This document shows positions 26,362 to 40,085 of a stretch of DNA of 64,000 nucleotides, in pieces; position 1 is the first letter of the stretch, and the number at the start of each line of letters is the position of its first letter. The notes under the pieces are model-generated. The model did not search any database. It was given only the letters and a program-made list of their open reading frames with translations, and was not told the origin of the DNA. This stretch comes from Octopus vulgaris (Eukaryota). Position numbers and translations under genes: made by a program. Where the stretch lies: the NCBI GenBank assembly GCA_951406725.2, contig OX597823.1, positions 30,442,001-30,506,000 on the forward strand. The letters are read 5' to 3'.

Positions 26362-26470
26362 AAGAGAATGAACAATGGGGAAAACAAACAATAATTCGAA
26401 AGAGACGAGCAAGCATGTAGAAGGCATAGAACGGAATAGAATACAATAGACAGACAGGTAGGCAGATAAG

Positions 26471-26550
26471 TTTCTTTATTGGCCACACAGGGCTGCACAC
26501 AGATGGGACAAGTTACAAGGTAGAGCTTTTCTTTTGGGGGAGAAAAAAAA
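26471..26550 (-). mobile_element. Short Tx1-like 3' tail insertion in a (TATC/TACC)n microsatellite
   Basis: Minus strand AAAAGCTCTACCTTGTAACTTGTCCCATCTGTGTGCAGCCCTGTGTGGCCAATAAAGAAA; possible TSD AGGCAGATA; same sequence at 26701 and 63294. Confidence 0.7.
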
Positions 26551-26700
26551 GGCAGATAGATAGATAGATAGATAGGTAGGTAGGTAGGTAGGTAGGTAGG
26601 TAGGTAGGTAGGTAGGTTGGTTGGTAGGTAGGTAGGTAGGTAGGTAGGTAGGTAGGTAGGTAGGTAGGTAGGTAGGTAGGTTGGTAGGTAGGTAGATATG

Positions 26701-26753
26701 TTTCTTTATTAGCCACACAGGGCTGCACACAGACGGGACAAATTACAAGGTAG

Positions 26754-26755
<2 letters not shown>
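26701..26755 (-). mobile_element. Second copy of the GATA-associated Tx1-like tail
   Basis: TTTCTTTATTAGCCACACAGGGCTGCACACAGACGGGACAAATTACAAGGTAGAG between (GGTA)n and (GATA)n. Confidence 0.7.
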
Positions 26756-26824
<69 letters not shown>

Positions 26825-26878
26825 CAGAGAGATAGATAAAGACTGACAGATAGACAGGAAGATAAACAGGTAAGACGC

Positions 26879-26927
<49 letters not shown>

Positions 26928-27605
26928 AGAGCGGTGAATAACCGATAAGCACATCAGAAAATAGACACCGATGGATGAAAGGTGGGGATGAGGCGGTGGG
27001 GGGGGGAGAGGAATCAACGCTCCTTCTGCCAAACAATCATACATTAATGACAAGAAATAAATTATAGGCCTGCCAGAACCATGATGGATGATGTCTGTGC
27101 GAAAAGAATTGCACAAGGGCGATGGTGGTGGTGGTTGTGAAGGTAGTGGTGGTGTTGGTGGTGGTGGTGGTGGAAGTGGTGGTGTTGGTGGTGGTGGGGG
27201 TAGTGATGGTGGTGGCGGTGGTGGCCGTTGCCGTTATTTAATTTTGGTAATAGTTGATGAAGTGGTAATTATGGGTCTAACATGTTAGTTATGTATCTGT
27301 GAATTTAAGCTGTACTCTATGTGTGTGTGTGTGCGTGTGTGTGTGCGCGTGTATGTGTGTGTATGTGCCTGAATACACACATACATATGCGCACACCTAC
27401 CTATATACTTATATATATATGTGTGTGTGCGTACGTGTGTATATGCGTACGTGTGTATATGCGTACGTGTGTATATGCGTACGTGTGTGTACGTGTATGT
27501 ATGTAGATGTGTGTGTGTGTATGAGTAAACAAATGAAAGAATATGGCTCTCCCCACATTTGATTGCAGTTGCATGTATTTCATAAATAACAGGTCGACTC
27601 AGCTC

Positions 27606-27657
27606 AACATTACTTAAAGTTTCGTGGGCGTTGAACCCGTCCACTTCATCAGATATT
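27606..27657 (-). ncRNA. Minimal type I hammerhead ribozyme motif
   Basis: AATAT-CTGATGA-A-GTGGACG-GGTTCAA-CGCCCAC-GAAAC-TTTAA-GTA-ATGTT: all core residues present, stems I, II and III pair, GUA triplet. Confidence 0.75.
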
Positions 27658-27736
27658 CGGAGGCAGAAACTCTGGCTCTGACATTTAATCAATGTCCTAC
27701 ACCCACAAAACTTTAAATAATGTGGAGCTGAATGGG

Positions 27737-27797
<61 letters not shown>

Positions 27798-27837
27798 TGC
27801 GTGTGCGGGTGTATATATGTATGTATATATATATATA

Positions 27838-28338
27838 TTAGATGGTAAATGTTTTTCTTTTCATTCCTTTCGAGAATTTATCCCTAATTAGTGGTTTGGA
27901 CTTTAACTGTTCTCTCTAGCGTAATGGATTCCTATGATGGAAGCCTCTTAATGTGTTTTAATGTACACTGTATTTTATATGAATAATAATATAGTCTATG
28001 GACTAATTTTCTTGTACGCTAGGCCACTGGCAGTAGAAATTTTTATAATTTTTATTACCTTGATATTATTTATTATGTAAAATGATTTCTGGTACATTCG
28101 TTCGAAGTTTTAACTGTCATTCTCTTGTTGCCGGCAAAAAAGACTGCACTTGCGCAGTGGATTAGAAAATATTAAAATGTACAAGCAATGAGTTTGGCCT
28201 CGTTGTTTGTATATTTAATCTAAGGCATACCCGCTGATGAAGACTTAGCCTTAGAGAATAATAATTTTTATTTACTAAAATAAGTCAGAAACCATGACCC
28301 GGGTATTAGATGATAAATGTTTTTATTTTTCATTCCCT
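27838..28338 (+). mobile_element. Penelope-like non-autonomous unit with terminal direct repeat and decayed hammerhead
   Basis: About 30 bp direct repeat TTAGATG(G/A)TAAATGTTTTT..TTTTCATTCC at both ends. ATACCCG-CTGATGA-A-GACTTA..TAAGTC-A-GAAAC-CATG-ACC-CGGGTAT at 28227-28306 (cleavage triplet mutated). Follows a (TA)n tract. Confidence 0.6.
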
Positions 28339-28344
28339 ATATAT

Positions 28345-29152
28345 ACTAGCTTAAGGTGACCCGCTCTACGTTCGGATGAGGGTGTGGTTGTTACTTTCTG
28401 TTGCTTCCTTTCTGTTTCTTCTCTCCACATTCTCCCTCTTTGTTTCTCTCTCCTTTCTTTCTCACTTTCCCACTCTCTTACTCATCCCTTTTCTCAGATT
28501 CTCCCTCGCTTTCTCTTACTCTCTATCTTTCTCTATCTATCTCTCTCCCATTTATAAAAAATACAAAAGATCTTGAGTAAGCTGAGAAAGAAAATATTTT
28601 GAAAGATCAATCATAGATATCAGGCAGTGACAACGGAAAGCACACTTGCCTTTTGTACGTGCCACTATTTGAGCGATTAAAAATAAGAAAAAAAGGATTT
28701 CTTTGTTAAATTTAGTACTGGGATTTTTTCGACGATTGATCATGCAAATGAAAGCTCTAAATACGGGTTACATGCAATTGTAAATTTCTTTCAGAAAAAA
28801 TGAAAACTGTAAACAATAAAAAATAAAAGGCAAAAATGCATAAAAATGAGAAATTTTTATTCAACTTCAAAAATCTTGCCTTAATTTTCAAAATTTCGAA
28901 CCCATTTTCCGCACTTAAATTACAAATCCGCTTCCACTTTACCAAGTTGAAAATTTGATTGAAATCGGGCAAAAGGTGTCCAATCTAGACCCCAAAGTGT
29001 CCCCAAAATTCAATAAAATCCCCGTTTTCACAGCAACACAATCACTGTAGCGCCCCCAAACTTCTCCCAATTTCTCACCTCAAGTTAACCCCTCCTGTAA
29101 ATTTTAATCCTCTTCCAACCACAGTTAGACCCCTTCTTCATTTTATAGATTA
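28345..29152 (+). mobile_element. Possible non-autonomous Helitron/Helentron-like element
   Basis: Starts ACTAGC..GTGACCCGCTCTACGTTCGG (short GC hairpin) and ends TTTTATAGATTAGAT, a pattern I associate with invertebrate rolling-circle derivatives; no Rep/Hel ORF. Confidence 0.4.
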
Positions 29153-29227
29153 GATTATATATATATATATATATATATAGCATAATTAAATCTGAGAATG
29201 AGATTGAAACAGTAATCGCTCGATAAT

Positions 29228-29445
29228 GTAAAGTATAGAAGCCATCTTATCATGGCTAACCACATTGGGGAGGGGGTGTTACTGTAGCTTTATAGCCCCA
29301 AGAGATCATCGTCTCTAGCTGGCTTTAGACACAATATCAGTGTCCTTGGAGTATTTGCAAAGAGAGGCCATCTACAGTAACACCAAGCTACAGTAACACC
29401 CCCTCCTCAATGTGGTTAGCCATGATAAGATGGGTTCTATACTTT

Positions 29446-29448
<3 letters not shown>
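29228..29448. mobile_element. Fold-back MITE related to the 8673 element
   Basis: About 60 bp TIRs TGTAAAGTATAGAA..ATCTTATCATGGCTAACCACATTG..GTTACTGTAGCTT and complement; internal TAGCCCCA..CATCGTCTC.AGCTGGCT motif shared with 8735-8770. Confidence 0.8.
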
Positions 29449-29524
<76 letters not shown>

Positions 29525-29530
29525 ACACAT

Positions 29531-29564
<34 letters not shown>

Positions 29565-30413
29565 TATATATATAAATTAACACAATATATCTGATTAATA
29601 ATACCTGTTATGATTGTGCGGTGGTGGTGGGCGATTAATAATTCACCGTTCTAAAAGACCTGTGGCGGGAATATTTAAACTTTTACGGCTGTCAACGCTT
29701 TCTCTCTATAGATACAGACAGACGTACAGTGAGAGAGGTGGTGGGAGAAAGAGTGACAGAGAGACGAAGCTGTCAAACGTCGTTATAGAGAGAAATAGGA
29801 GGGAAGGAAGGAAAGAGAGAGACGGAGGAACTTAGGGTGATATACGAAAGGGAGAAACGACAAACACTTGTCAAAGTGTGGGTTTTGTTGCCCTAGTAAC
29901 CACAGCTTTTGAGATAGGGATTTCTAACCTAGTCCACTCACTTCCTCGCCTCTTTTTACATGTCCCTGTAAATTCTGGAGCCAATCCGACCCCATCTAGC
30001 GCCCCTTAAACCGTTCCAATCCCAAAATGAGACAAACAAACTTTTCGCATTTCAGCTTTATAGATATTGAAATTGACTAGGCTTAAAAAGAATAAGTCCT
30101 CGAATTGTTCGACTAAAGGTGGTGCTCCAGTATGGCCGTCAAAATGACTGAAACAAGTAAAAGAATATAAGAATAAGGAAGAATAACAGCATGTATATTT
30201 TGAGTTGAAAATCCCTTTTGACTACAAAAAACTCGGAAGCTGCTCGTGGGACACGAACCTACACCTTCTGTTGATGTGTCATCCAACTTTTCTATCCAAA
30301 ACGATTTTTACATTTTATGAAGGGGGGGGGGGTCCGAGATATTCTAAAGAAAAAAATAGTTCACATTCTCTCAAAAGTTTATAAAAGTCTTATGAAGTCA
30401 ACAATATATATAA

Positions 30414-30738
30414 GTGAAGGCATGTGGCTTAGTGGTTAGGGCATTCGGTTCATGATCGTATGGTCGTGAGTTCAATTCCCGGCGACGCGTTGTGTCTTTG
30501 AGCAAGACACTTTATCTCACGTTGCTCCAGTCCACTCTGCTGGCAAAAATGAGTGGTACCTGTATTTCAAATGGCCAGCCTTGTCACACTCTGAATCACG
30601 CTGAATCTCCCCAAGAACTACGTTAAGGATTCACGTGTCTGTGGAGTGCTCAACCACTTGCACGTTAATTTCACGAGCAAGCTATCCCGTTGATCCTATC
30701 AGCTGGGATCCTCGTAGTTGTAACCGACAGAGTGCTCC
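30414..30738 (+). mobile_element. SINE family D
   Basis: Colinear with 24189-24509. Confidence 0.88.
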
Positions 30739-30742
30739 TATA

Positions 30743-30786
<44 letters not shown>

Positions 30787-31069
30787 TGTGTGTGTGTGAG
30801 TGTGTGTGTGTGTTTGCGCGTGTGTGTGTGTGTGTATGTACGTACGTACGTATGTAGGCAGGTTTCTGGGTTCTTTTGTTTAGGAAATGTAATTATGTTT
30901 GTATGTATGTATATGTATGCGTTTGTGTATATACACTCATACCACGGTACTACGGAGTCCCTTAAAGGATTTCGGAAGCAGCGAACATATCAACACCACT
31001 TCTTCACCATCCATGGTAAGTCTGGTTTTAAATTAAAAATGTTAAATTTACTATATTCATAGTTTGTAT

Positions 31070-31428
31070 TGTGGGGACGCAATGGCCCAATGGTTAGGGC
31101 AGCGGACTCGCGGTCACAGGATCGTGGTTTCGATTCCCAGAGTGTTTATTGAGCGAAAACACCTAAAGCTCCACGAGGCTCCGGCAGGGAATGGTGGCGA
31201 TCCCTGCTGTACTCTTTCACCACAACTTTCTCTCACTCTTTGTTGCTGTTGTATTTCAAAGGGGCCAGCCTTGTCATACTCTGTGTCACGCTGAATCCCA
31301 CCGAGAACTACGCTAGGGGTACACGTGTCTGTGTGGAGTGCTCAGCCACTTGCACGTTAATTTCATGAGCAAGCTGTTCCGTTGATTGGTTCAACCGGAG
31401 CCCTCATCGTCGCAACCGACAAAGTGCC
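31070..31428 (+). mobile_element. SINE family C
   Basis: Colinear with 23776-24149, with small deletions. Confidence 0.88.
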
Positions 31429-32314
31429 GTAATAATAGTTTGTATTTACAGTGTACAGGATTAAATGTACAGTATTTATTCCTCTGCTTTTCGTATTGTA
31501 ATTGTTGATATTAGGCACTCCTAGCCTTACTACAATCGGACAATCGGCTTCATCGGACCGATGATCGATAGATATATAGATTTCGAGTGAATGAACATTG
31601 AAAGATAAGGAAACCAAAACGAATGACATGTGACAAATTTCCTGTAGAAATCGTCTGCATTCAAAACATGTGACTACAAAGGAGCTAACATAGTTGATAT
31701 AGTGAGATTAACAGCATACCTGTGAGGAAAAGGAAAAAAAAACTCATCAGCTTTAAGTATCATATGACAAAAAATGGCAAGACATTCGAGTTGCCCCATC
31801 TGAGAATATTCATTCACTCAATTCCTCTACATGTCGAAGCCACTTTCGCTGAAGAGGCTTTATAAGACCGAAACGTTCCTGGAGTTGTCTATGTATATGC
31901 AAAATGAGACTAACTTCTCGCTGGTTGCCATCCTTAGCTTTGTTGATTAAATTTGACCAACTAAAGTTAATATTTTTTTAACTTGGGTATGTTTTTGATT
32001 AATCAAAATATTGTTTTAGTTCAGTTCATTACGTATATTATACCGCACTTTGCTCTATGCTTTTCTTGCAAAATGCGAACCTGGGTAGTTTACTCCAGTT
32101 ATCATTGTCACATGCATGTCAGTTGCACTTTAATATAGGTCGCATATTTGTAGTTTTTTTTTATTTTGAAAAGGGTCAGCATTTGTGTGTGTGTGGGGGG
32201 GGTGTATGTCTGTCTGTATCTGTGTATGTTTGTACATGTGTGTTAATGATGGCGGCGATAGTAACGGTGGTAATGATGAGTGTAATAATGATGCAGCTCC
32301 TGTTGTTGCTGTTG

Positions 32315-32346
<32 letters not shown>

Positions 32347-33001
32347 GGTGGTGGTGGTGGTGGAGATGATGGTGATAGCGGCGGCGATGGGGATGATGAA
32401 GATCCCCGTATAGATGATGGTAGTGATGGTAATAATGCTGGAAATAGTCTTTTTGCTGCGGTTACTGACATTTGCTTAAATAACCTTTAATTTTCTCAAA
32501 CTTCTCTCTTTTTTTTTTCTTTTTTCGCCTTCTCAAAAGAGTCGGAAATACAGAAAAAAAAAATAGACCAGATTGATAGAGATAGGGAGCAAAAAAAAGA
32601 AAAAGGAAAAAGAAAGAACAGAGAAACCTGAAAGAGAAGATGAGGAAGTGAGGTAGAGAAAGAGAGAGGAGAGCGATAGGTTGACTGTAGAATCGAAAGA
32701 GTAAAGGTAACATGGAATATTGCATCATCATCATTCATTTGGTAAATTCAGGATTGCTGATGCTGACTAGAACATTGATGGGAGTATATATACATATATG
32801 TATATTTACATGTGTGTATGTATGTGTATATGTATGACAAATAGAAGGATAGATATGTATATTCATATATGCGTTCTTATATAAATACATATATGTGTAT
32901 GTAAGGGACGTGGTAAAATATGCACCTAATTCAATAAAATTATGAAGGTTACTCTGATTACTATGCATAAAATACAAGATATTTTATTTTTTGTAGATTA
33001 G

Positions 33002-33136
33002 GTAGGCATAATTTACTTCTGCCTTTCAATCTCAGTATTTAAGCTACGCATAGTACTGCTGTAGCACACGTGCTGCGTACACTCCCACAAAAACGTTTTC
33101 TTATCATGCTACAAAGGCAGAAGTAAATCTGCCTAC
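33002..33136. mobile_element. Small MITE-like element
   Basis: TIRs GTAGGCATAATTTACTTCTGCCTTT / AAAGGCAGAAGTAAATCTGCCTAC. Confidence 0.6.
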
Positions 33137-33466
33137 AACTAAGTCACGCGCCTGTCTTTCGCTTGTTTTTTGTACGTTTTACTACATAAACGTTACCAAT
33201 CGCCTACCCTGAGTAATTACTGACGGCACGTCCCTGGTGTGCGTGTATCCGCATATTTGTATATGTACATTTATGTATATGAATATGTAGATATGTATGT
33301 ATACGCAGATTTTACATGTCAAACTTTGCTCAAACTCAACGTTAGACATTTCCCCTCTAACCACAAATAGAACAAGCTTTCTAACCAAAATATTAAAATC
33401 TCTTACTCAACTACATATAGATTTGCACAAAACACTGGCAAACTCCATCCGTTTAATCTAGATTAA

Positions 33467-33705
33467 CCCACTCGTGCCGGCATTTTTCTAGTTAATGAAA
33501 TTACCTGAAAATTCACAGATACTAATATTTTGACCTAAATAACAACTGGAAAAAACATTTCATTGAAATCCGTTTGATACAAACTGCATACACGTTAAGA
33601 ACATGTTTCATTCTTTGATACAGATCATATTTTTATCAAGTATTTGTCTTATATATACCCTAATAAATTAAGTGTCAGTTTAAACGGACGATCGGCATGA
33701 ATGGG
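33467..33705. mobile_element. piggyBac-type MITE
   Basis: TTAA-CCCACTCGTGCCG ... CGGCATGAATGGG-TTAA: TTAA TSD and 13 bp CCC-starting TIRs with two mismatches. Confidence 0.7.
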
Positions 33706-34517
33706 TTAAGACCTTCTTACCCTTATACACTTAACTGTTATGATTAAAAGACAACTGCAAAGCGAATGAATTATTTATTATACTTCTGTTAACACAAATT
33801 CGTCATCAATACAATATAGCGGTTTAACAGTTAAATCATTTAATATTCGAATTTATCAACATACAAATACGTTTAGACACATTGTTGTCGAAATTTTTAT
33901 TCAACAAAAAATTATTTGATATATAAATGATGAAAATTAGTCTTCGCAAAATTATACACTTCCATTTAGATAGCATTCTCAGGTTAGTACATGAATCCTT
34001 TAAAATTCTGTTTTCCAAGCTTAACTGGCACTCAGAATTATTACCATTATGCAGACGTAGAATTTTCAAAAAGTTGTACGACAAGCTAATCACCTTTCCA
34101 AGCAGGTCATATTTTGCCAAAACGCACACACATCCTTAGGCAAAACAAATAACCAGACCACATCAGATCTACAAACATTATTCACCAAATTACATTAATA
34201 ATACAATTCTGCAGGAAATGATACTTTGTAACAAATCATAGTACCTGCTCCACCTTCATATATGACATATATGTAGAGGCCCTTAAATGACTCTTTAAGT
34301 TGGTTTCTTTAATATTTCCCCGTATTTCTGTTCCGAAAGGATTTGCACACCGAATTTCTACATCAGTCACCTTTTGGAGTGTCCATCTTAAATCCATGGC
34401 AAGCACATCTGACGAAAGTAGAGATGTCGACCCTTCACGAGACTCAAAGTAATGACGTACCGTTTGTTAACATGGTCGATATTAAATTATATTATACAAC
34501 TTCGCTTATTTTCTGTA

Positions 34518-34952
34518 TACTCTTTACTCTTTTATTTGTTTCAGTCATTTGACTGTGGCCATGCTGGAGACCGCCTTTAGTCGACCAAATCGATCCCAGG
34601 ATTTATTCTTTGTAAGCCTAGTACTTATTCTATCGGTGTCTTTTGTCGAACGGTAAGTTACGGGGACGTAAACACACCAGCATCGGTTGTCAAGCGATGC
34701 TGGGGGAACAAACACAGACACACAAACAAATACACACACATACATATACATACATACATACATACATACATACATACATACATACATACGACGGGTTTCT
34801 TTCAGTTTCCGTTTACCAAATCCACTCACAAGGCTTTGGTCGACTCGAGACTATAGTAGAAGACACTTGCCCAAGGTGCCACGCAGTCGGACTGAACCCG
34901 GAACCATGTAGTTGGTCAGCAAGCTGCTTACCACACAGCCACTCCTGCGCCT
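34518..34952 (-). mobile_element. SINE family B, full length
   Basis: Head AGGCGCAGGAGTGGCTGTGTGGTAG..GGTTCAGTCC, CORE-like CCTTGGGCAAGTGTCTT, internal (TATG)n, tail ..CAGTCAAATGACTGAAACAAATAAAAGAGTAAAGAG. Confidence 0.92.
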
Positions 34953-35086
34953 AAAGTTAAGAATTTTTTTTTATCTGTGAACCATAATCGATGGCACACA
35001 CGCACATAGATAGACAGACAGGCAGGCAAGCAGGCAGACAGACATACAGACAAACAGACAGACAGACAGATAGCTAGCTAGCTAGC

Positions 35087-35181
<95 letters not shown>

Positions 35182-35249
35182 GCATGTAGTTAGGTAGTTA
35201 GTTAGGAAGGTAGGTAGGTAGGTAGGTAGGTAGTTAGGTAGGTAGGTAG

Positions 35250-35303
<54 letters not shown>

Positions 35304-35914
35304 ATTTATCTTTACCTTTCACCTGTTTATAAAAATCTACTTAAGCCAACTCTTTAAAACTAACTCAACCGTGAAATCTGTGAAGCCCTTTTTATTCTGC
35401 GTCATAAAAGAATCTCTTCGTAGCTGTAAAACGTTGAAGTGAATGATGAGAGCAAAATATATATTGATAGATCCTAGCTAGCTAGATTCTGGAAGAGGGA
35501 AACATCTTCTGATAACTTGCAATAAAAGAATTTAGAAACCTACTGCCAAGTAAACCACACGAGATTTTACACAGATTTTACATATACGAACACATAAGTA
35601 GAGGAAGAAAGGGAAAAACCAGGGGAAACAGGAAAGCTGATAATGAGGAGTAGCGGAAAATATAGAAAATAAAATGTCGGATCTGTTTGTCTTACGGATT
35701 TTCCTTTCTCTTTCTGTCTTTCTTTCTTTTTCTTTTTATCTTATTTTTTGTCTTCCATTCTTGTTCCGCTCCCCACCCCTAGCTACAAATAGTTTTATGT
35801 GTTTCCCAGGTAAATTTTTCCCGTAATGGTTTCGTTCCAATTTTGTCTTCAAACCTTGTTCCCCCCCCCCCCACTCATTCGCATAGTCTCTCTAACACTC
35901 CTACTCTCTCTCTT

Positions 35915-35946
<32 letters not shown>

Positions 35947-36697
35947 CTGCTCATTTTCTCTGTCTCTTAATCACTTTTTTCTTTCCTACTCCTCTATCTC
36001 TCTAACTCACTCACTCTCTCTCTCTCTCTCTTATCTCTCTCACTCTCTCATCACTAAATATAAACAGATATGTATCTATACACAACCAACTTCCGACACA
36101 CACACACACCACCATCACACACGGTCGCACATACGCACACACATGGACACACACACACATACGCACACACATGCACACACACATATAGACAGACACACAC
36201 GCACGTGCGCGCACGCATAGTTATAACTAACAAATGTGTACATACGGTGGTTGTATGAGTTTCCGTTTATGCATTGATCATCTACTCTATGAAGGCATGA
36301 CCGAGTGGTTGAAAGCAACAGAGTAATTAAATGTCGTTTCACAATCACGATGTTTCGGGTTCGATCTTGCTGCAAAGGGTCAAGGACAAATGTCTGATAT
36401 TATCACGAGTCGACCCATGACTTCAGAATAAAACTGTGTTGACAAAAATTATGGAAGCCCGTTGGATAGATCATATCTGCAATTCAAAGAGTAGGCATTG
36501 TCACACCGTGCGTTGCTAACTCCGCATGCGAATTGCATTACAGGCAAGGTATGAGTGGAATACTCAGACACTTTTATGATAATTACATCGACGAGTAGGC
36601 AGGTTAAGTGTTCAAACTACAGCAATATCCATGGTCAAAGCCGAAAGAAATCCATTTATTTATATTGTTAGTGTGTGGTTGTGTTTAGATGTGTAAA

Positions 36698-37050
36698 GGG
36701 TAAAGACCCCGCTTCAGTCATAAATGACCACGGGATAGCACCTAGAAAGTTCCCCTCCGAGGCACAAGTCCGGACAAAGTTGTTTATGGAAGACCAGCAG
36801 TCACCCATGCATACTGGTGTTCCATCTCCACGCCACCGATGTTATCCAAGGGAAAGGGAAAAGGGTCGATACTGCTTGGCACCAGTGACATCTTGGCACC
36901 AGTGACATCGCAATTCATTTCTACAGCTGGGTGAACCGGAGCAACGTGAAATAAAGTGTCTTTCTCAAGAACACAACACGCAGCTCGGTCCGGGAATCGA
37001 ACTCGCTTCCTCATGATTTTGAGCCCGCTGCTCTAACCACTGAGCCATGC
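36698..37050 (-). mobile_element. tRNA-derived CORE-like SINE family E
   Basis: Head TGGCTCAGTGGTTAGAGC..GAGTTCGATTCCCG, core shared with family D, distinct tail ..GGTCTTCCATAAACAAC..CTAGGTGC..GGGGTCTTTACCC. Confidence 0.88.
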
Positions 37051-37705
37051 TACTACTACATTGCGCCTGCATCTCATACAGTAAAAATACTACATGTAGG
37101 TATTCACAAGAAAGTATATGTCTAGCGAGGTGTGTAGCATAGTGATTTGACATTAAACTCATGATCTTTAAGTTGTGTGTTCTATTCTCAGATCATTTGG
37201 CTCTTTGTGCCCTTGAGGAAGGCACACCAAAAGATTGTATAGGAAAATAGACAGAGGATTTATAATTTGAGCAGAAAAAGGTAATATAAAACAGAATATA
37301 AAAACACAAACGGACTGATAATTACTCTCCACGCTACCGATGTTATCCGAGGGAAAGGCAAAGGGGCCGATACAGCTTGGCGCCAGTGACATCACAACTG
37401 ATTTCTACAGCTGAGTGAACTACAGCAACGAGGCCGTCTTTATCATGGGGTCGATGAAATGGATTAGTCCCCTCCCTCCAAATTTCAGGCTTTGTGTCTA
37501 TACTAGAAAGGATATTTATTTGCCTACATGGACTTGTGCTTGCCAATGTGTATTTATTAATATATGCGTATGCCTGCATACACGTTTATTTGTGTATTTA
37601 AGTATCAATGTATGTAAGTGTGGCTATATATGTACACCCCCATTCATGCACGTAGAGTATGGTTCATACACATATGTGTGTACACATAGGTAGCTCCGGG
37701 ATCCG

Positions 37706-38048
37706 GGACCCCCTTCGGTCATGACACTGACCATGGGATTGCACCTAGGAAGTTACCCTCCTAGTCACAAGTCTGGGCAAGGTGGTTTTATGGAAGACCA
37801 GCAGTCGCCCATGCATACCGGCCTCCCCTCTCCACGCCACCAGTGTTATCCAAGGGAAAGGCAAGGGCCGATACAGCTTGGCACCCGTGACATCGCAACA
37901 CATTTCTACAGCTGAGTGAACTGGAGCAACGTCAAATAAAGTGTCTTGCTCAAGAACACAACACGCAGCCCGGTCCGGGATTCGAGCTCACAACCTCACG
38001 ATCGTAAGCTCGATGAGGTAGTGACAACAACTAAGCCAAGCGCCTTCA
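37706..38048 (-). mobile_element. SINE family E
   Basis: Colinear with 36698-37050 and 54751-55096; fragments also at 37325-37430 and 43184-43295. Confidence 0.88.
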
Positions 38049-38064
38049 TATAGGTAGCTACGTA

Positions 38065-38123
<59 letters not shown>

Positions 38124-38124
38124 G

Positions 38125-38340
38125 TAAATCTAAAACAGAAGAATAAACACAAAAACACAACGACGCGAGGAATGGTACACGTAAAGTATTAGCAGACGCT
38201 CAAGGAAGGAAAGAAAGATGGTTTAACGTTTCGAGCAGACAATCTTCTTCGAAAACAGAGGAAAGTCCAATAGAAGGGAAGACGGAGGAAGAAAATCACC
38301 AACGATTCACATGTGGTTACATTTTGAATAAAAAAAATGA
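38125..38340 (-). mobile_element. Short Penelope-like insert with hammerhead-like motif between (TA)n and (TACA)n
   Basis: 38221-38256 minus: GTTT-TCGAAGA-A-GA..GCTC-GAAACGTT-AAAC (stem I GTTT/AAAC, palindromic AACGTT); core partly mutated. Confidence 0.5.
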
Positions 38341-39130
38341 ATATACATACATACATACATACATACATACATACATACATACATACATACATACATACAT
38401 ACATACATACATACATACATACATACATACACACATACATACATACATACATACATACATACATACATACATACATACATACATACATACATACATACCA
38501 CTCTCCACAAAGAGCAAATCCGCCACCCACAATACAGAGTTTCAGGTTAGTGAACACATAGAAAGGTGTGCTAGGAATCTTAATCCCAATTTCTAATTTT
38601 CCCCCTTCTATCAATGTTCACAGAACACCTCAGTGCAACAAAGAATGAATAAAAAGGCAACTTTCATCAATAAATATCTTCGCCAACTAAATATGAACAA
38701 ATAATATAATATAGAACACTTCTAACCTTTCAATTAATACCACTAACCCCCATAAATCCCTTACACCATTCACATTACAGATCTATATCTAACCTAATTG
38801 CGCCAAATCCAGAACTACTTATCTCCTTTACACATAATCTTTTTTTCTCAGGGACACCGTTCATTAATCGGTGTGCGTTCAAAGCAATGAATAGTTGTAT
38901 TCAAAGCAATGATTAGTAATTTACGAAACCGGTATGCTTTTAAATCTCTTTAACAATTCACAATAATGAGTTTTATTACTTCTATTTCTACCTCAGTTCA
39001 TCTAATTGTATATGTCTTTCGTTACTTTTCATAAAAAGCTTTTACTTTTTTTGATTCTCAATGTGCATTTTCGCTTATTTTTATTCTTACTTTCCGCTTA
39101 CATTGCCACGTGTTGCTTGTTTTCTTTTTG

Positions 39131-39198
<68 letters not shown>

Positions 39199-39250
39199 TT
39201 CTAAATATCTCAGAAAGATATAAGCTGTAGTGGTACAATAGAGTAGTTGT

Positions 39251-39509
39251 ATACTGTCAACTTAATGTGACAGTCCCATGAAGGGAATCACACCACTGCT
39301 ATTTAGCCCTAGAAAGCATCAACGCTTCCTATCGGTCTTGACTGGTCTCTGGATGCAGGCATAGCTGGGTGGGGGTGCTTGTCTTCCCCTTGTAAACATA
39401 AGAACACAGGAAATGTGTCCAGGTCGACAGGAAGCGTTGATGCTTCCTAGGGCTAAATAGCAGTGGTGTGATTCCCTTCATGGGACTGTCACTTTAATTT
39501 GACAGTATT
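39251..39509. mobile_element. Fold-back MITE with about 80 bp TIRs
   Basis: ATACTGTCAA..GTGACAGTCCCATGAAGGGAATCACACCACTGCTATTTAGCCCTAG..CATCAACGCTTCCT and its near-exact complement at 39430-39509. Confidence 0.85.
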
Positions 39510-39545
39510 CAACTACTCTCTCTTTCTCACTCTCTCTCTCTCTCA

Positions 39546-39600
<55 letters not shown>

Positions 39601-39629
39601 GATATATATATATATATATATGCATATAT

Positions 39630-39862
39630 TCCCAGACTGGGCATTGTGTTCTTGAGCAATGCACTTCAGTTCACGTTGCTCTGTGATCCTTTCGACATCT
39701 GACATGTGGCACCTATATGCACCTGTACAGGTAATGTCGATCTGATGGAGGGAATGAGCTTATATCTACACAAACATTTGATCACTATAGACAAATCATC
39801 TGTGTGATTGTTCGTTAAGAACTTACCGAACGCTCTACGTCGTCTAAAGACGGGAGAGTCTA
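39630..39862 (+). mobile_element. CORE-like SINE fragment with a third tail type
   Basis: CATTGTGTTCTTGAGCAATGCACTT..TTCACGTTGCTC core followed by sequence unlike the D and E tails. Confidence 0.5.
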
Positions 39863-39916
39863 TCATCATCATATGTATATATGTATGTATATATGCGTGT
39901 GTGTGAGTGTGTATGT

Positions 39917-39984
<68 letters not shown>

Positions 39985-40085
39985 AGTGTATCTTGTATGT
40001 ATAAATGAACGTACAATTGCTACATTTAAGTTTAGAGTTTCATGTAGATTATCATCGTCCACTCAGCTTCCAATATTGTGGTTCA

